Source: a candidate division FCPU426 bacterium (GTDB lineage Bacteria > Oederibacteriota > Muellerivitia > Muellerivitales > Muellerivitaceae). From it: a stretch of DNA of 64,000 nt. The stretch spans positions 1-64,000 of the forward strand of contig CAWHOE010000045.1 in NCBI GenBank assembly GCA_963830915.1, in the 5' to 3' direction. The translations under genes were made by a program, and so were the position numbers. This document shows positions 1 through 8,408 of this stretch, piece by piece (the first letter of the stretch is position 1; each line of letters opens with the position of its first letter). The notes under the pieces are model-generated. The model did not search any database, was not told where the DNA came from, and was given only the letters and a program-made list of their open reading frames with translations.

Positions 1-17
1 CCTCTTTCAGAGGGGAA
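1..17. repeat. Truncated end of palindromic doublet repeat (family P)
   Basis: cctctttcagagggg matches the 3' hairpin of the copies at 4826-4920 and 54510-54603. Confidence 0.7.
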
Positions 18-65
18 AATAGGACGATTCCATAAGTTGCCAAAGTTGAGTAATGATTTGTTAGA

Positions 66-187
66 GGCTGTGTCTCTGTACCGATTCTCAAAATAAATAG
101 TTGTATAGAAATCGGTACAATACCAGTCGCATTAAAATATTTTTAGTGAATACTGGTATGTGACTCTGTGGTGAAAAGAGGTTTTAA
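66..187. repeat. Composite repeat: family G right arm interrupted by double-hairpin element (family H, 78-159)
   Basis: ggctgtgtctct[gtaccgatt..aatcggtac a ataccagt..actggtat]gtgactctgtggtgaaaag; same layout as 11319-11495. Confidence 0.75.
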
Positions 188-1342
188 TTGAATTGGTTAG
201 ATGACATAAAAGAAGAACTGCATCAGCTTCACCACCAGGGATTGCTCCGTTCCTTGCGGACGGTGGACCCGATCGGCGGCATGAAGGCCTCGGTCAATGG
301 CAAGGAATGCGTTCTTTTTTGCGCCAACAATTACTTGGGGTTAGCCGACCACCCCAAAGTGCTGGAACGATCCCAAAGGGCCCTGATCCGATATGGGGCA
401 GGCGCTCAAGCTTCCAGGCTTATCTCGGGCCATTTCCCCATCCACCAACAATTAGAAGAAAAGACGGCGTCCTTCAAAGGGTTGGAAGGTTGCCTGGCCT
501 TCCCGACCGGGTATATGGCCAATCTGGCGGTCATCTCCACTTTGGCGGGAGAGGATGACGCGGTCCTCTGTGACCGATTGAATCACGCCAGCCTTATCGA
601 CGCTTGCCGCATGTCCAAGGCCAAGTTCCTGGTTTATGAACATCTCAACATGGATGACCTTGAGAAACAGTTGGAAAGGGCGTCGAAGTACAAAAAGAAG
701 ATCATCGTGACCGACGCCTTATTCAGCATGGATGGCGACCTGGTTCCCCTTGTGAAAGTCATGGAATTGGCCAAAGAGAATGACGCCCTTGTGGTCGTGG
801 ATGACGCCCATGGCACAGGGGTATTGGGCGCCAAGGGGGAAGGGATCATTCATCATTTTCCTATAAGGGAATATCCCGCCGCCATCGTCGGCACCTATAG
901 CAAGGCTCTGGGAAGCCTGGGCGGGTTTGTTTGCGGCTCTAGCGTATTCATTGAATACCTGATCAACAAAGCCAGGACCTTTATCTATACCACTGGTTTA
1001 CCACCCACTGTTTGTGGGGCATCCCTGGGTGCTTTGGAAGTCTTACAGGAAGAACCCCAAAGGGTTGAGAAGCTTTGGGAGAACGCCAAGAAGATACGCG
1101 AGGGTTTGAGGGCTTTGGGTTATGAGATTCCCAGGGGGGCTGGGCCCATCTTACCCATCGTCATCGGGGAAAATGAAGAGACGGTGAAGATGTCGGAGAA
1201 GTTATTGGAAGAAGGCATCCTGGTGGTAGCCATTCGCCCTCCCACGGTCCCCAAAGGAACGTCCCGGCTTCGTTTGTCCGTCTCCGCCGCCCATACGGAC
1301 GCGGATATTGAGAAACTTCTGAACGCCTTCAAAAAGCTCTGA
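188..1342 (+). CDS. bioF: 8-amino-7-oxononanoate synthase
   Basis: NNYLGLA, SRLISG, DRLNHAS, FSMDGD, DDAHG, GTYSKALG (PLP Lys), IRPPTVP motifs. Confidence 0.95.
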   Translation: MNWLDDIKEELHQLHHQGLLRSLRTVDPIGGMKASVNGKECVLFCANNYLGLADHPKVLERSQRALIRYGAGAQASRLISGHFPIHQQLEEKTASFKGLEGCLAFPTGYMANLAVISTLAGEDDAVLCDRLNHASLIDACRMSKAKFLVYEHLNMDDLEKQLERASKYKKKIIVTDALFSMDGDLVPLVKVMELAKENDALVVVDDAHGTGVLGAKGEGIIHHFPIREYPAAIVGTYSKALGSLGGFVCGSSVFIEYLINKARTFIYTTGLPPTVCGASLGALEVLQEEPQRVEKLWENAKKIREGLRALGYEIPRGAGPILPIVIGENEETVKMSEKLLEEGILVVAIRPPTVPKGTSRLRLSVSAAHTDADIEKLLNAFKKL

Positions 1343-1360
1343 AACTAAAAACGGCAATAG

Positions 1361-1380
1361 AACCACCAAGGGCACCAAGA
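1361..1380 (+). repeat. Family G left-arm motif (accaccaagggcaccaag)
   Basis: Matches 11912-11938, 13017-13044, 16246-16261. Confidence 0.6.
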
Positions 1381-1454
1381 AAATCAAAGATAAAAATCCC
1401 ATGTAGTAAAAAGCTTAAGACGAATATTTTAGATTTCAACGGCTCGATTTAAGA

Positions 1455-2711
1455 TTATCGGCGGGTGGACGCTGTTAGTTTTTTGAAAGAACCCCAAAGT
1501 GTCCAACCTAATATCCCAATGATCAAGGCCAGGACGGACCATATGAAAACCGGTCTCGCGGTCCATGGGACGAACGGCGGGATATAGTCGGGGTTATTCT
1601 TCTGTTCTCCCATAGTCCATGGAACTTCCTCGTGTTTGGTCTTGGCGGACCAGGAAGCGATATCGTATACAGGCGCCTTCGCTTGGGTATTCCCATAGTA
1701 GAGTTTGTAAGGCCCGGGAGCATTGGGTTGGAATAGGAGCGTGCGGCGCCACCGTCGAACGGTTATTTTTTTAACCACCAGCGGGTGGTCGTTCCCGTCG
1801 GTGACGGTGATCCTCACATAACGGCCTGAACCTTCCGCGCCGGAAACCTTCCATTGATTCTCCGTGTTTCCTGTTTGAGCGTCGTAAAAGAAGCCGCAAG
1901 TCGAGAAAAAAGACCAGGTTTTTTGATCGTCGGATAACTCGACTTTTACAGGCCTGCAAAAATTTCGGCTCTCAAAATCAAAGGCGATCTCGTGCAAGGG
2001 AAGGCCGATATGGTCCCTGTCCAGGATCCAAACCGTCTCGCCATTCGCCGAGGTTTGAGGTTGCCCCGAAAAATACCGTTCCTCGACATAACCCGTTTCC
2101 GGGGAATAGGCCGTGACCGTGATCTTATTGATGATGAAGGCGTCTTTTTGACCGCTCAAGGGGATGGAAACCCGAAGATAACGGGCGTTCTTCCCTGGAT
2201 AGGAAAGATAGGCCTTCCTGGCCGGATTGCGGGTGTTGGACACATCGAAGATGAATCCGTCGGAAAGGATGGCGCTCCAGGTTTTACGGTCCAGACTGCC
2301 CTCGATAACGACCTTTCGGTTGAAATCCTCATTGGGGGAGTCCAAGGTCAGCCGATTGGAAAAACGGGTTTTCCCCAGGTCCACCAAGGCGACGGTTTTA
2401 TCCCCGATCAGAACTTTGTTGTCCAATAGTGAAGCGGTCAATTCTTGGGTTGAGTCCCCTTTGCGTTCGACCCGTGTGAAATAGGGGACCTCGTCGCCAT
2501 TCCCGCTCGATAGACGAAGGCTGTTGAGCCCGATATTCCCATTGAACCAAAACCCGTCGTCTAACACGACGGAGGCGAAGTTATCCGGGTTGGAAACAGT
2601 GCCTTTCAACTCCCGATATTGAGGCCAGCTTTTCCAGTCCGGCTTTTCCGTGGCCCCTAAACAGACCCCGAAAATCAAAACCAGTAAGATCGAACCAATG
2701 AAGTTTTTCAT
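1455..2711 (-). CDS. DUF3999-like exported protein with discoidin-like folds and C-terminal TM anchor
   Basis: Signal peptide, RYLRV/RYVRI strands, LYYGN..A.APVYD motif, C-terminal TM; overlaps the stop of the DUF2339 gene. Confidence 0.7.
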   Translation of the reverse strand: MKNFIGSILLVLIFGVCLGATEKPDWKSWPQYRELKGTVSNPDNFASVVLDDGFWFNGNIGLNSLRLSSGNGDEVPYFTRVERKGDSTQELTASLLDNKVLIGDKTVALVDLGKTRFSNRLTLDSPNEDFNRKVVIEGSLDRKTWSAILSDGFIFDVSNTRNPARKAYLSYPGKNARYLRVSIPLSGQKDAFIINKITVTAYSPETGYVEERYFSGQPQTSANGETVWILDRDHIGLPLHEIAFDFESRNFCRPVKVELSDDQKTWSFFSTCGFFYDAQTGNTENQWKVSGAEGSGRYVRITVTDGNDHPLVVKKITVRRWRRTLLFQPNAPGPYKLYYGNTQAKAPVYDIASWSAKTKHEEVPWTMGEQKNNPDYIPPFVPWTARPVFIWSVLALIIGILGWTLWGSFKKLTASTRR

Positions 2712-4579
2712 GACGCTTTTCCTTTGGGGGATTTTGCGGCGTTTTTGGACCGGTTTTGATAAGCGAAAGAAACGGCCAAGAGGATAAGGCCCAGGATGAT
2801 CAGGGAAAGGACCCTGGAGGCGCCCTGTAGTTCGGACAGGTCAAAGATGAAAACTTTCAAGATGGTCACCCAAAAGGTCATGATGGCCACAAGCCTCAAG
2901 CCCTTTTGGTTCCAGAAAAACCCGGCCGCCATCATGCCTCCCGCGTAGAGAAGCCAAAGAACCGATAGGCTCAAGGCCTTGGCGTTCCATAAAGTAACGG
3001 CGGCCTGACGATTCCAATAATCGGCCACTTCCAAGCTCAGATAAAGCAGGGCCACTAAATTGCCCGCTATGGCCAGAATGGGTACGACCATCTCGGCTTC
3101 ATCGGCCTTGGTTTTGGCCCGGTTCAATAACAGGATCACCCAGACAATCGACGCCAAGGTCGCGCCGTAAGGTATCAACCGGTCATTCCATATCAAGGTG
3201 GGGGTCGTTCCGTTCCAATCGATGAAGACCAGACGGAACGCGGCCAGCGCCATGATGGCATAGGCCATCAGGCGGGTAGCGGGTCTGCTTTCCCTTAAGC
3301 CCGTCCAAACCAACAGGACAGCCTCGACCGACCAACCCAGGGTGATCCATCCCTTGTTCAGATAAGCGGGGATAGCGACCGCGAAGAAGGCCACCGCCAG
3401 GCCCAAGAGGATGGTGGAAAGATAAGTGGATTTGGCGATTTTAGAATTCAAGATCCGCATGGACTGCCAGGCGTATAAGGCGGATAAGGCGATGGCTAAG
3501 AGGGCGGCCGCCAGGTCGTATTCCCCGTGGAAGTTGATGTTGGTCAGCATGGCATAGCTGGAGGCGTAATAAACGCCCGCGCTCAGGATGCTGAACAGGG
3601 CGTCCGCGGAATCGGCGTCCTTGCGTTTCTGGAAATCCTGGAGCCAGGAAGTCGCGGCGAATAGAAGGAAGAAGGCGGAATGGAAACCCAGGGTAGGCCA
3701 TAACTTGTCGGGCTGATAAAAACGTTGGGCCCATTCGGCGCAGTAGAAAAAGGTGAATAGGGCGCCGCCCCATCGCAGGTAACGCCACCCGCCGACCAGG
3801 CTCAGGAAGAAAATGCCGCCGTTCAATATGAGCAGATAGATCATGAGCGCCGCTTGGTGGTCCTCGCCTGTGGATACCAACATGGGCGTGAGGAAGCCGC
3901 CGAGGGAAGCGAAAATGGCCAGGATGGGACTACGGTCCGCCGCGGCCATGACAGAGCCGGCGGCGGTGGTCAGGATCATGACACCGAACGCCGTTTCACT
4001 GTCCAGGATCTGATAAAACTGGAAAGACGCGTAGGTGGACAGATATAAGAACCCCAATCCACCCCCCGCTAAGCTGTGGGCCCAAACGGGGTATTTGGTG
4101 AACCACCGATGGCCCTGGACCAGGAACGCGGCGCCGACGATCCATCCCAGCGCCACCCGGCCCATGGGGCCGATCCAATTGTTCTCGAAGGCCAGCTTCA
4201 GGAAATAACCCATGCCGAACAAGAGGGCGGCCAAAGCGATCCATTGGAACCATCGGCCCGCGACCGCTTCTTCAAGGGTACGGTCGGAAATTTTAGGCTT
4301 GGGGGGCTCGGATTTAATGGGGGTTTTAATGGGGGGCGGGGTCGCGGGCGCGGAAACATGTTTGGTGAAGCCGGCTTTTTTCTCCAACTCCGCGAGGCGT
4401 TCTTCATGCTGACGGAGGATTTGGCGGATATCCCCAGTGATCGTGGAGGATGGCTCGCTTTTTTCAGTGGAAGCAGGTTTTTGGGTCAGCAGACGGATAA
4501 AAGCGATGATCCCGAATACCGCGAGAGCCAATACCACGAGGATGATGATGATCGCGACCATGATCCAATAGTCATACAT
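2708..4579 (-). CDS. DUF2339 multi-pass membrane protein
   Basis: LEE..GRW, YFLKLAFENNWIGP.GRV, GGFLTP.L.STG, KVFIFDLS.L motifs. Confidence 0.85.
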   Translation of the reverse strand: MYDYWIMVAIIIILVVLALAVFGIIAFIRLLTQKPASTEKSEPSSTITGDIRQILRQHEERLAELEKKAGFTKHVSAPATPPPIKTPIKSEPPKPKISDRTLEEAVAGRWFQWIALAALLFGMGYFLKLAFENNWIGPMGRVALGWIVGAAFLVQGHRWFTKYPVWAHSLAGGGLGFLYLSTYASFQFYQILDSETAFGVMILTTAAGSVMAAADRSPILAIFASLGGFLTPMLVSTGEDHQAALMIYLLILNGGIFFLSLVGGWRYLRWGGALFTFFYCAEWAQRFYQPDKLWPTLGFHSAFFLLFAATSWLQDFQKRKDADSADALFSILSAGVYYASSYAMLTNINFHGEYDLAAALLAIALSALYAWQSMRILNSKIAKSTYLSTILLGLAVAFFAVAIPAYLNKGWITLGWSVEAVLLVWTGLRESRPATRLMAYAIMALAAFRLVFIDWNGTTPTLIWNDRLIPYGATLASIVWVILLLNRAKTKADEAEMVVPILAIAGNLVALLYLSLEVADYWNRQAAVTLWNAKALSLSVLWLLYAGGMMAAGFFWNQKGLRLVAIMTFWVTILKVFIFDLSELQGASRVLSLIILGLILLAVSFAYQNRSKNAAKSPKGKAS

Positions 4580-4825
4580 GAAGTCCCCCAGTTAAATAGT
4601 TAATGATGGAATACGGAAGAACCTCGTCATTTTATTCCCTTAAAATTTATTTGTCCCTTTAAAAGGCGCGCGATCGGAGGCAGTAGAGTCGGGTAAAAGG
4701 TAATGAATAAAGGTGGATTAGGTGTCCGTTATTTTGCTTTATCAAAATGTAATACCTGTGTACAAAACGTTTGCCAATGGCTCGGGTCCGGCGGACAAGA
4801 CACCGCCGATTTCGTGGAATACCAT

Positions 4826-4920
4826 TCCCCCTTTGAAAAAGGGGGACAGGGGGTATTAGTCTTGGTGCTGACCATTTCACCGGCTAACTCCCCCTTCATC
4901 CCCCTCTTTCAGAGGGGGAA
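4826..4920. repeat. Palindromic doublet repeat (family P, REP/REPIN-like)
   Basis: tccccctttgaaaaaggggga..gggggtattagt-spacer-ctaactcccccttc..ccccctctttcagaggggga; near-identical arms at 54510-54603. Confidence 0.85.
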
Positions 4921-5008
4921 GTGCAGTGCCTCACAAGCATTTTTTACGTAAGCGCGCAAAGTGTCGGTTGATTGGACATATTTATTAAGATGATTTATGC
5001 TTTTATGC

Positions 5009-5248
5009 ATGAGAACGACATTACAAATAAACGACCGCTTATATCAATTGGCTAAGAAAATTGCCGACGAAACCCACCAAACCTTATCGGCGATTATTGA
5101 AGATGCCCTTAGACGTTGTTTTTCACAGCATGGATATTTGCTCGGAAATGGAAAACGTGTGAAGCTGCCGACCTACAAGGGTAAGGGTATTCAGCCGGGT
5201 GTTGACTTGGATGACAGCGGTTCTGTTTTGGATTTGTGCGATTTTTAA
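5009..5248 (+). CDS. Ribbon-helix-helix VapB-like antitoxin, no adjacent toxin
   Basis: MRTTL.I.D.L...AK..A.....TLS.IIEDALR and LPT..G.G..PGVDLDD pattern. Confidence 0.7.
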   Translation: MRTTLQINDRLYQLAKKIADETHQTLSAIIEDALRRCFSQHGYLLGNGKRVKLPTYKGKGIQPGVDLDDSGSVLDLCDF

Positions 5249-5328
5249 AGCGACTCTCCTGAGTGTTCTTTCTCTCCGGATACCGGAAACATTAAGCCCG
5301 TTTTGAAATAAATATCGACAGGTGGAAA

Positions 5329-6021
5329 ATGAAGGGACTATTCGTTGTTGGAACTGATACCGGTGTCGGTAAAACCCTGATAGCCGCTGGGTTGACCAGG
5401 ATGCTGGTAAACAAGGGCGTTCGTGTGGGGGTCCTGAAACCAGTGGCTTCCGCCTGCGCTAAAGCTTCGTCGGACAGGTCTGGTGGCATGATTAGTGTAG
5501 ACGGTAAATTGCTCCAAAAAGCGGCCAAGTTACCAAACTCCACCTATTCCGAAATCGTCCCGGTCCATTACCAACAACCCCTTTCCCCTTTTGTCGCGTC
5601 ATGGAAAGAGGGAGCCGTCTCGCTGGACAAGATCGAAAAGACCTATCAGAAAGCCAGAAAGAAATACGACTGTATGATCGTGGAGGGGATTGGCGGGGTC
5701 CTTGTCCCCATCACCCGGGATTTTATGGCGATCGATTGGGTCGTGAAGTGGAAGCTTCCGACTTTGGTGGTGGCGAGAGCGGGCTTGGGGACTATCAATC
5801 ACACTTTGCTGACTGTCGAAGCCCTTCAAAAGCGAAAGATCAAAGTGCTGGGGGTCGTGCTTAATGGGTATAAGGGCAAGGAGCTATCCGAAAAGACCAA
5901 TGCCCAAGCGCTCAAGAAGTTGCTGACGGTTCCGGTTTACGGCCCCTTGGCCTATAACCCGAAATATCGGAAGGACTTGGATATGCTGGCGAAAGAAATC
6001 TCGAAATTTAAGATAAGTTAA
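5329..6021 (+). CDS. bioD: Dethiobiotin synthase
   Basis: GTDTGVGKT P-loop, KPVAS, VEGIGG, GLGTINH. Confidence 0.95.
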   Translation: MKGLFVVGTDTGVGKTLIAAGLTRMLVNKGVRVGVLKPVASACAKASSDRSGGMISVDGKLLQKAAKLPNSTYSEIVPVHYQQPLSPFVASWKEGAVSLDKIEKTYQKARKKYDCMIVEGIGGVLVPITRDFMAIDWVVKWKLPTLVVARAGLGTINHTLLTVEALQKRKIKVLGVVLNGYKGKELSEKTNAQALKKLLTVPVYGPLAYNPKYRKDLDMLAKEISKFKIS

Positions 6022-6150
6022 AACTATTCAGTAACCCTGCTTTTCCCCATTAAAAACAAGACACTCTTTAGGCAGTCAGCCCTCCTGAGAAAAAATCCGC
6101 ATCCTAAAAACGTTAACAGAATTGACGAAGAGATATTTCTGGATTATTTA

Positions 6151-6229
6151 TTTCCAAACAGGGGAACCCATTTCTTGTTTGGAAATGGGTACACCCAAAG
6201 AGCACACGTCAACATGAGGTTGACGTGTA
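6151..6229. repeat. Partial family X element (6161-6199) plus inverted repeats upstream of ParB-like gene
   Basis: ggggaacccatttcttgtttggaaatgggtacacccaaa resembles the first half of 9735-9813 and 56405-56483; followed by acacgtcaac-atgag-gttgacgtgt. Confidence 0.7.
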
Positions 6230-6262
6230 GGGGAGCCATCAAAATATTTTGGAGGCACTCCT

Positions 6263-8245
6263 ATGTCCGTCGATATCGAAGCTGTTTTGGCGCTCCTGCC
6301 GGAAATGTTTCCCGGTGTCCAGGAAATCCCCCTCAAGAATATCCGTCCAAACCCCGAAAACCCCGGCCCCGCGTTGTCCGATCAAGATATCCGAGATATG
6401 GCCGATAACCTGGCCGAACGGGGCTTGGTGAACCCCATCAAGGTCCAGCCTGATAGGGCCCGGCCCCTGGCTGGGGACGCAACTCTCCACTCAGATAATC
6501 CCCGACTGAGGGGGGATGGCCGGCCCTGGACGGTCGGGGACTTTAATTACAGCATCCTCGCCGGGGAACGCCGTTACCGGGCCGCAGCCCTGCTCAAATG
6601 GGAGACTATCCGGGGTTTTATCCTGAACCCGACAATGGGGGAGGCCGTTGAGATCACCCATTTGGACAATGACATCCGGGATAGGGGCTGGTGGGCGACT
6701 TACCAGAGCCTCGAACAACGGGTGAAGGCCAACCCCGAACTGACCCAAGGCCAGGTTGCGCTTAAATTGAAGATGAATAGACCCAGGGTGAACCGAGCAT
6801 TGAGCCTTCTCCCTCTCCTAAACCCCGAAGCCAGGGGGTTAATTAGTACAAATTGTACTAATTCAAATAAGGGAATTCGGGGTATTTCGGAATCTGTAGC
6901 CCTGCGACTGGCCGATTTAGGCCCAAGTTCTACCCTCAAGCCGGGGGTCAGGAAGGAAGGGGACGAATCCCAGAACCTCTGGCCCTATCCCCCCATCCCT
7001 ACCGAGACTCAGGACCTGGTCCGGCGGACCTTAGAGGCGGCTATCGACCGGGGGATGACCGAAGCTCAGGTTAAGGCTTTGGTGGATTGGATTAAAGCAG
7101 GTAACCAGCCGGAGGATTTTAACTACCAGAAAAAGCCAGTACCGGCCAACCACTCAGTCTTCCGGCCTTCTCCTAGTAGTCCGGAGGGCGTGGAGGGGTC
7201 TAGCAGACCTCAAGGAGAAAAGGAGGGTGTCTCGGAGGCCTCGACCCAGGTAACCCCCTCGCACCACCAAACTGGGAAGGGAATATCTGCTGATTCTCCA
7301 ATGGAATCAGCACCCGGAAATCGTGGCCCTCAGCATGTGGCTTCGGGCCATGGGCTCCCGCCCATGAATAAGGGCCAAGAGCGTTTATTGAAATTCCTCC
7401 TGGAATCAGTCCAATGGGTCATCAAGGCCATAGGGGCGGTTTTGAAGGCTATCTTCTGGACACCCTTCAAAGGGGCTGTTAAGGACTTGGCCAAGCCCGC
7501 GGAAGACTTCATGCGGTTTGTTTGGTTCTGGGTCATCGTATTGGCCCTTCTTTGGGCGGCTTACGACAGGATATTCCACCCAGGGGACCTGACGGCACGT
7601 TTCAAGAGTCTAATGCCAGCTGTATCGGCAAAGGCTGATACCGGAGGGGGTGCCTCTGTGTCGAGGTCACAAACCGAGACACATGATTTGAGTGTGCCAA
7701 TTTCCAAATCAGAAATTGGTACCGCTGTCACCCAAGCAAATCCATCTTTGAACAAGCCCTCGAGCCCAGCTAAATCAGCAAATGATGGACTTTCTTTACA
7801 ATCCCTAAGTAATAGGCGATCACCAGAGGTGCCCGAAGAATTGAATAACCGGATGAAAGACGACGCGGAAGACGACGCCGAACTGGCCAAGACGTTCTTC
7901 GAGAAGTCCTACCATAACGAATATGAGGATTGGCAGTATTACTTCGATAGGAAGTTAAGCGAGGAATACTGCAAAGTCTTTTATCAGAAGTATTTAACTC
8001 CAGAAAAGCAACAAGACCTCAAAGACGAGAAAATTTATATGACTTTTGAACCGGCCAAACCACCGAAGCTATTGAAGTTCGACGATTTTTCGGATGATTT
8101 CTTGGTTCAGGGTGTTTTGACCACCCGGAGCGACTTGAACTATCCGAAAAAACTAATATCCCGGAAGAAGGTGGGCCTGATCGTCGAGACCTACCACAAC
8201 TCGGATGGGTCCGAAGCGGTGGTCAAAGTAACCGAGGTGAAATGA
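6263..8245 (+). CDS. ParB/Srx N-domain + HTH + TM + C-terminal VirB8/DotI-like domain (copy 1)
   Basis: IPLKNIRPNPENP, GLVNPIKV, ILAGERRYRA; HTH (LTQGQVA..RVNRAL); TM FVWFWVIVLALLWAAY; clear paralog at 60491-62494. Confidence 0.8.
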   Translation: MSVDIEAVLALLPEMFPGVQEIPLKNIRPNPENPGPALSDQDIRDMADNLAERGLVNPIKVQPDRARPLAGDATLHSDNPRLRGDGRPWTVGDFNYSILAGERRYRAAALLKWETIRGFILNPTMGEAVEITHLDNDIRDRGWWATYQSLEQRVKANPELTQGQVALKLKMNRPRVNRALSLLPLLNPEARGLISTNCTNSNKGIRGISESVALRLADLGPSSTLKPGVRKEGDESQNLWPYPPIPTETQDLVRRTLEAAIDRGMTEAQVKALVDWIKAGNQPEDFNYQKKPVPANHSVFRPSPSSPEGVEGSSRPQGEKEGVSEASTQVTPSHHQTGKGISADSPMESAPGNRGPQHVASGHGLPPMNKGQERLLKFLLESVQWVIKAIGAVLKAIFWTPFKGAVKDLAKPAEDFMRFVWFWVIVLALLWAAYDRIFHPGDLTARFKSLMPAVSAKADTGGGASVSRSQTETHDLSVPISKSEIGTAVTQANPSLNKPSSPAKSANDGLSLQSLSNRRSPEVPEELNNRMKDDAEDDAELAKTFFEKSYHNEYEDWQYYFDRKLSEEYCKVFYQKYLTPEKQQDLKDEKIYMTFEPAKPPKLLKFDDFSDDFLVQGVLTTRSDLNYPKKLISRKKVGLIVETYHNSDGSEAVVKVTEVK

Positions 8246-8408
8246 AAATGTGGATTTGTTGATGGGGCCACATGAAATACCGCCTGATTGGACGATCCTT
8301 TTTAAAGCCTGAGAGCTAAAATGAAGGCGTTGGGGTCGTTCGATCTGGTGACCTGAATTTGACAAAGGAAGAGACGAAAAAATAACATCCAACACATGGA
8401 GTTGTTTT

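Noticed and set aside
4659..4951. Short ORFs over the family P repeat
   Set aside because: Explained by the palindromic repeat; no RBS or recognisable family
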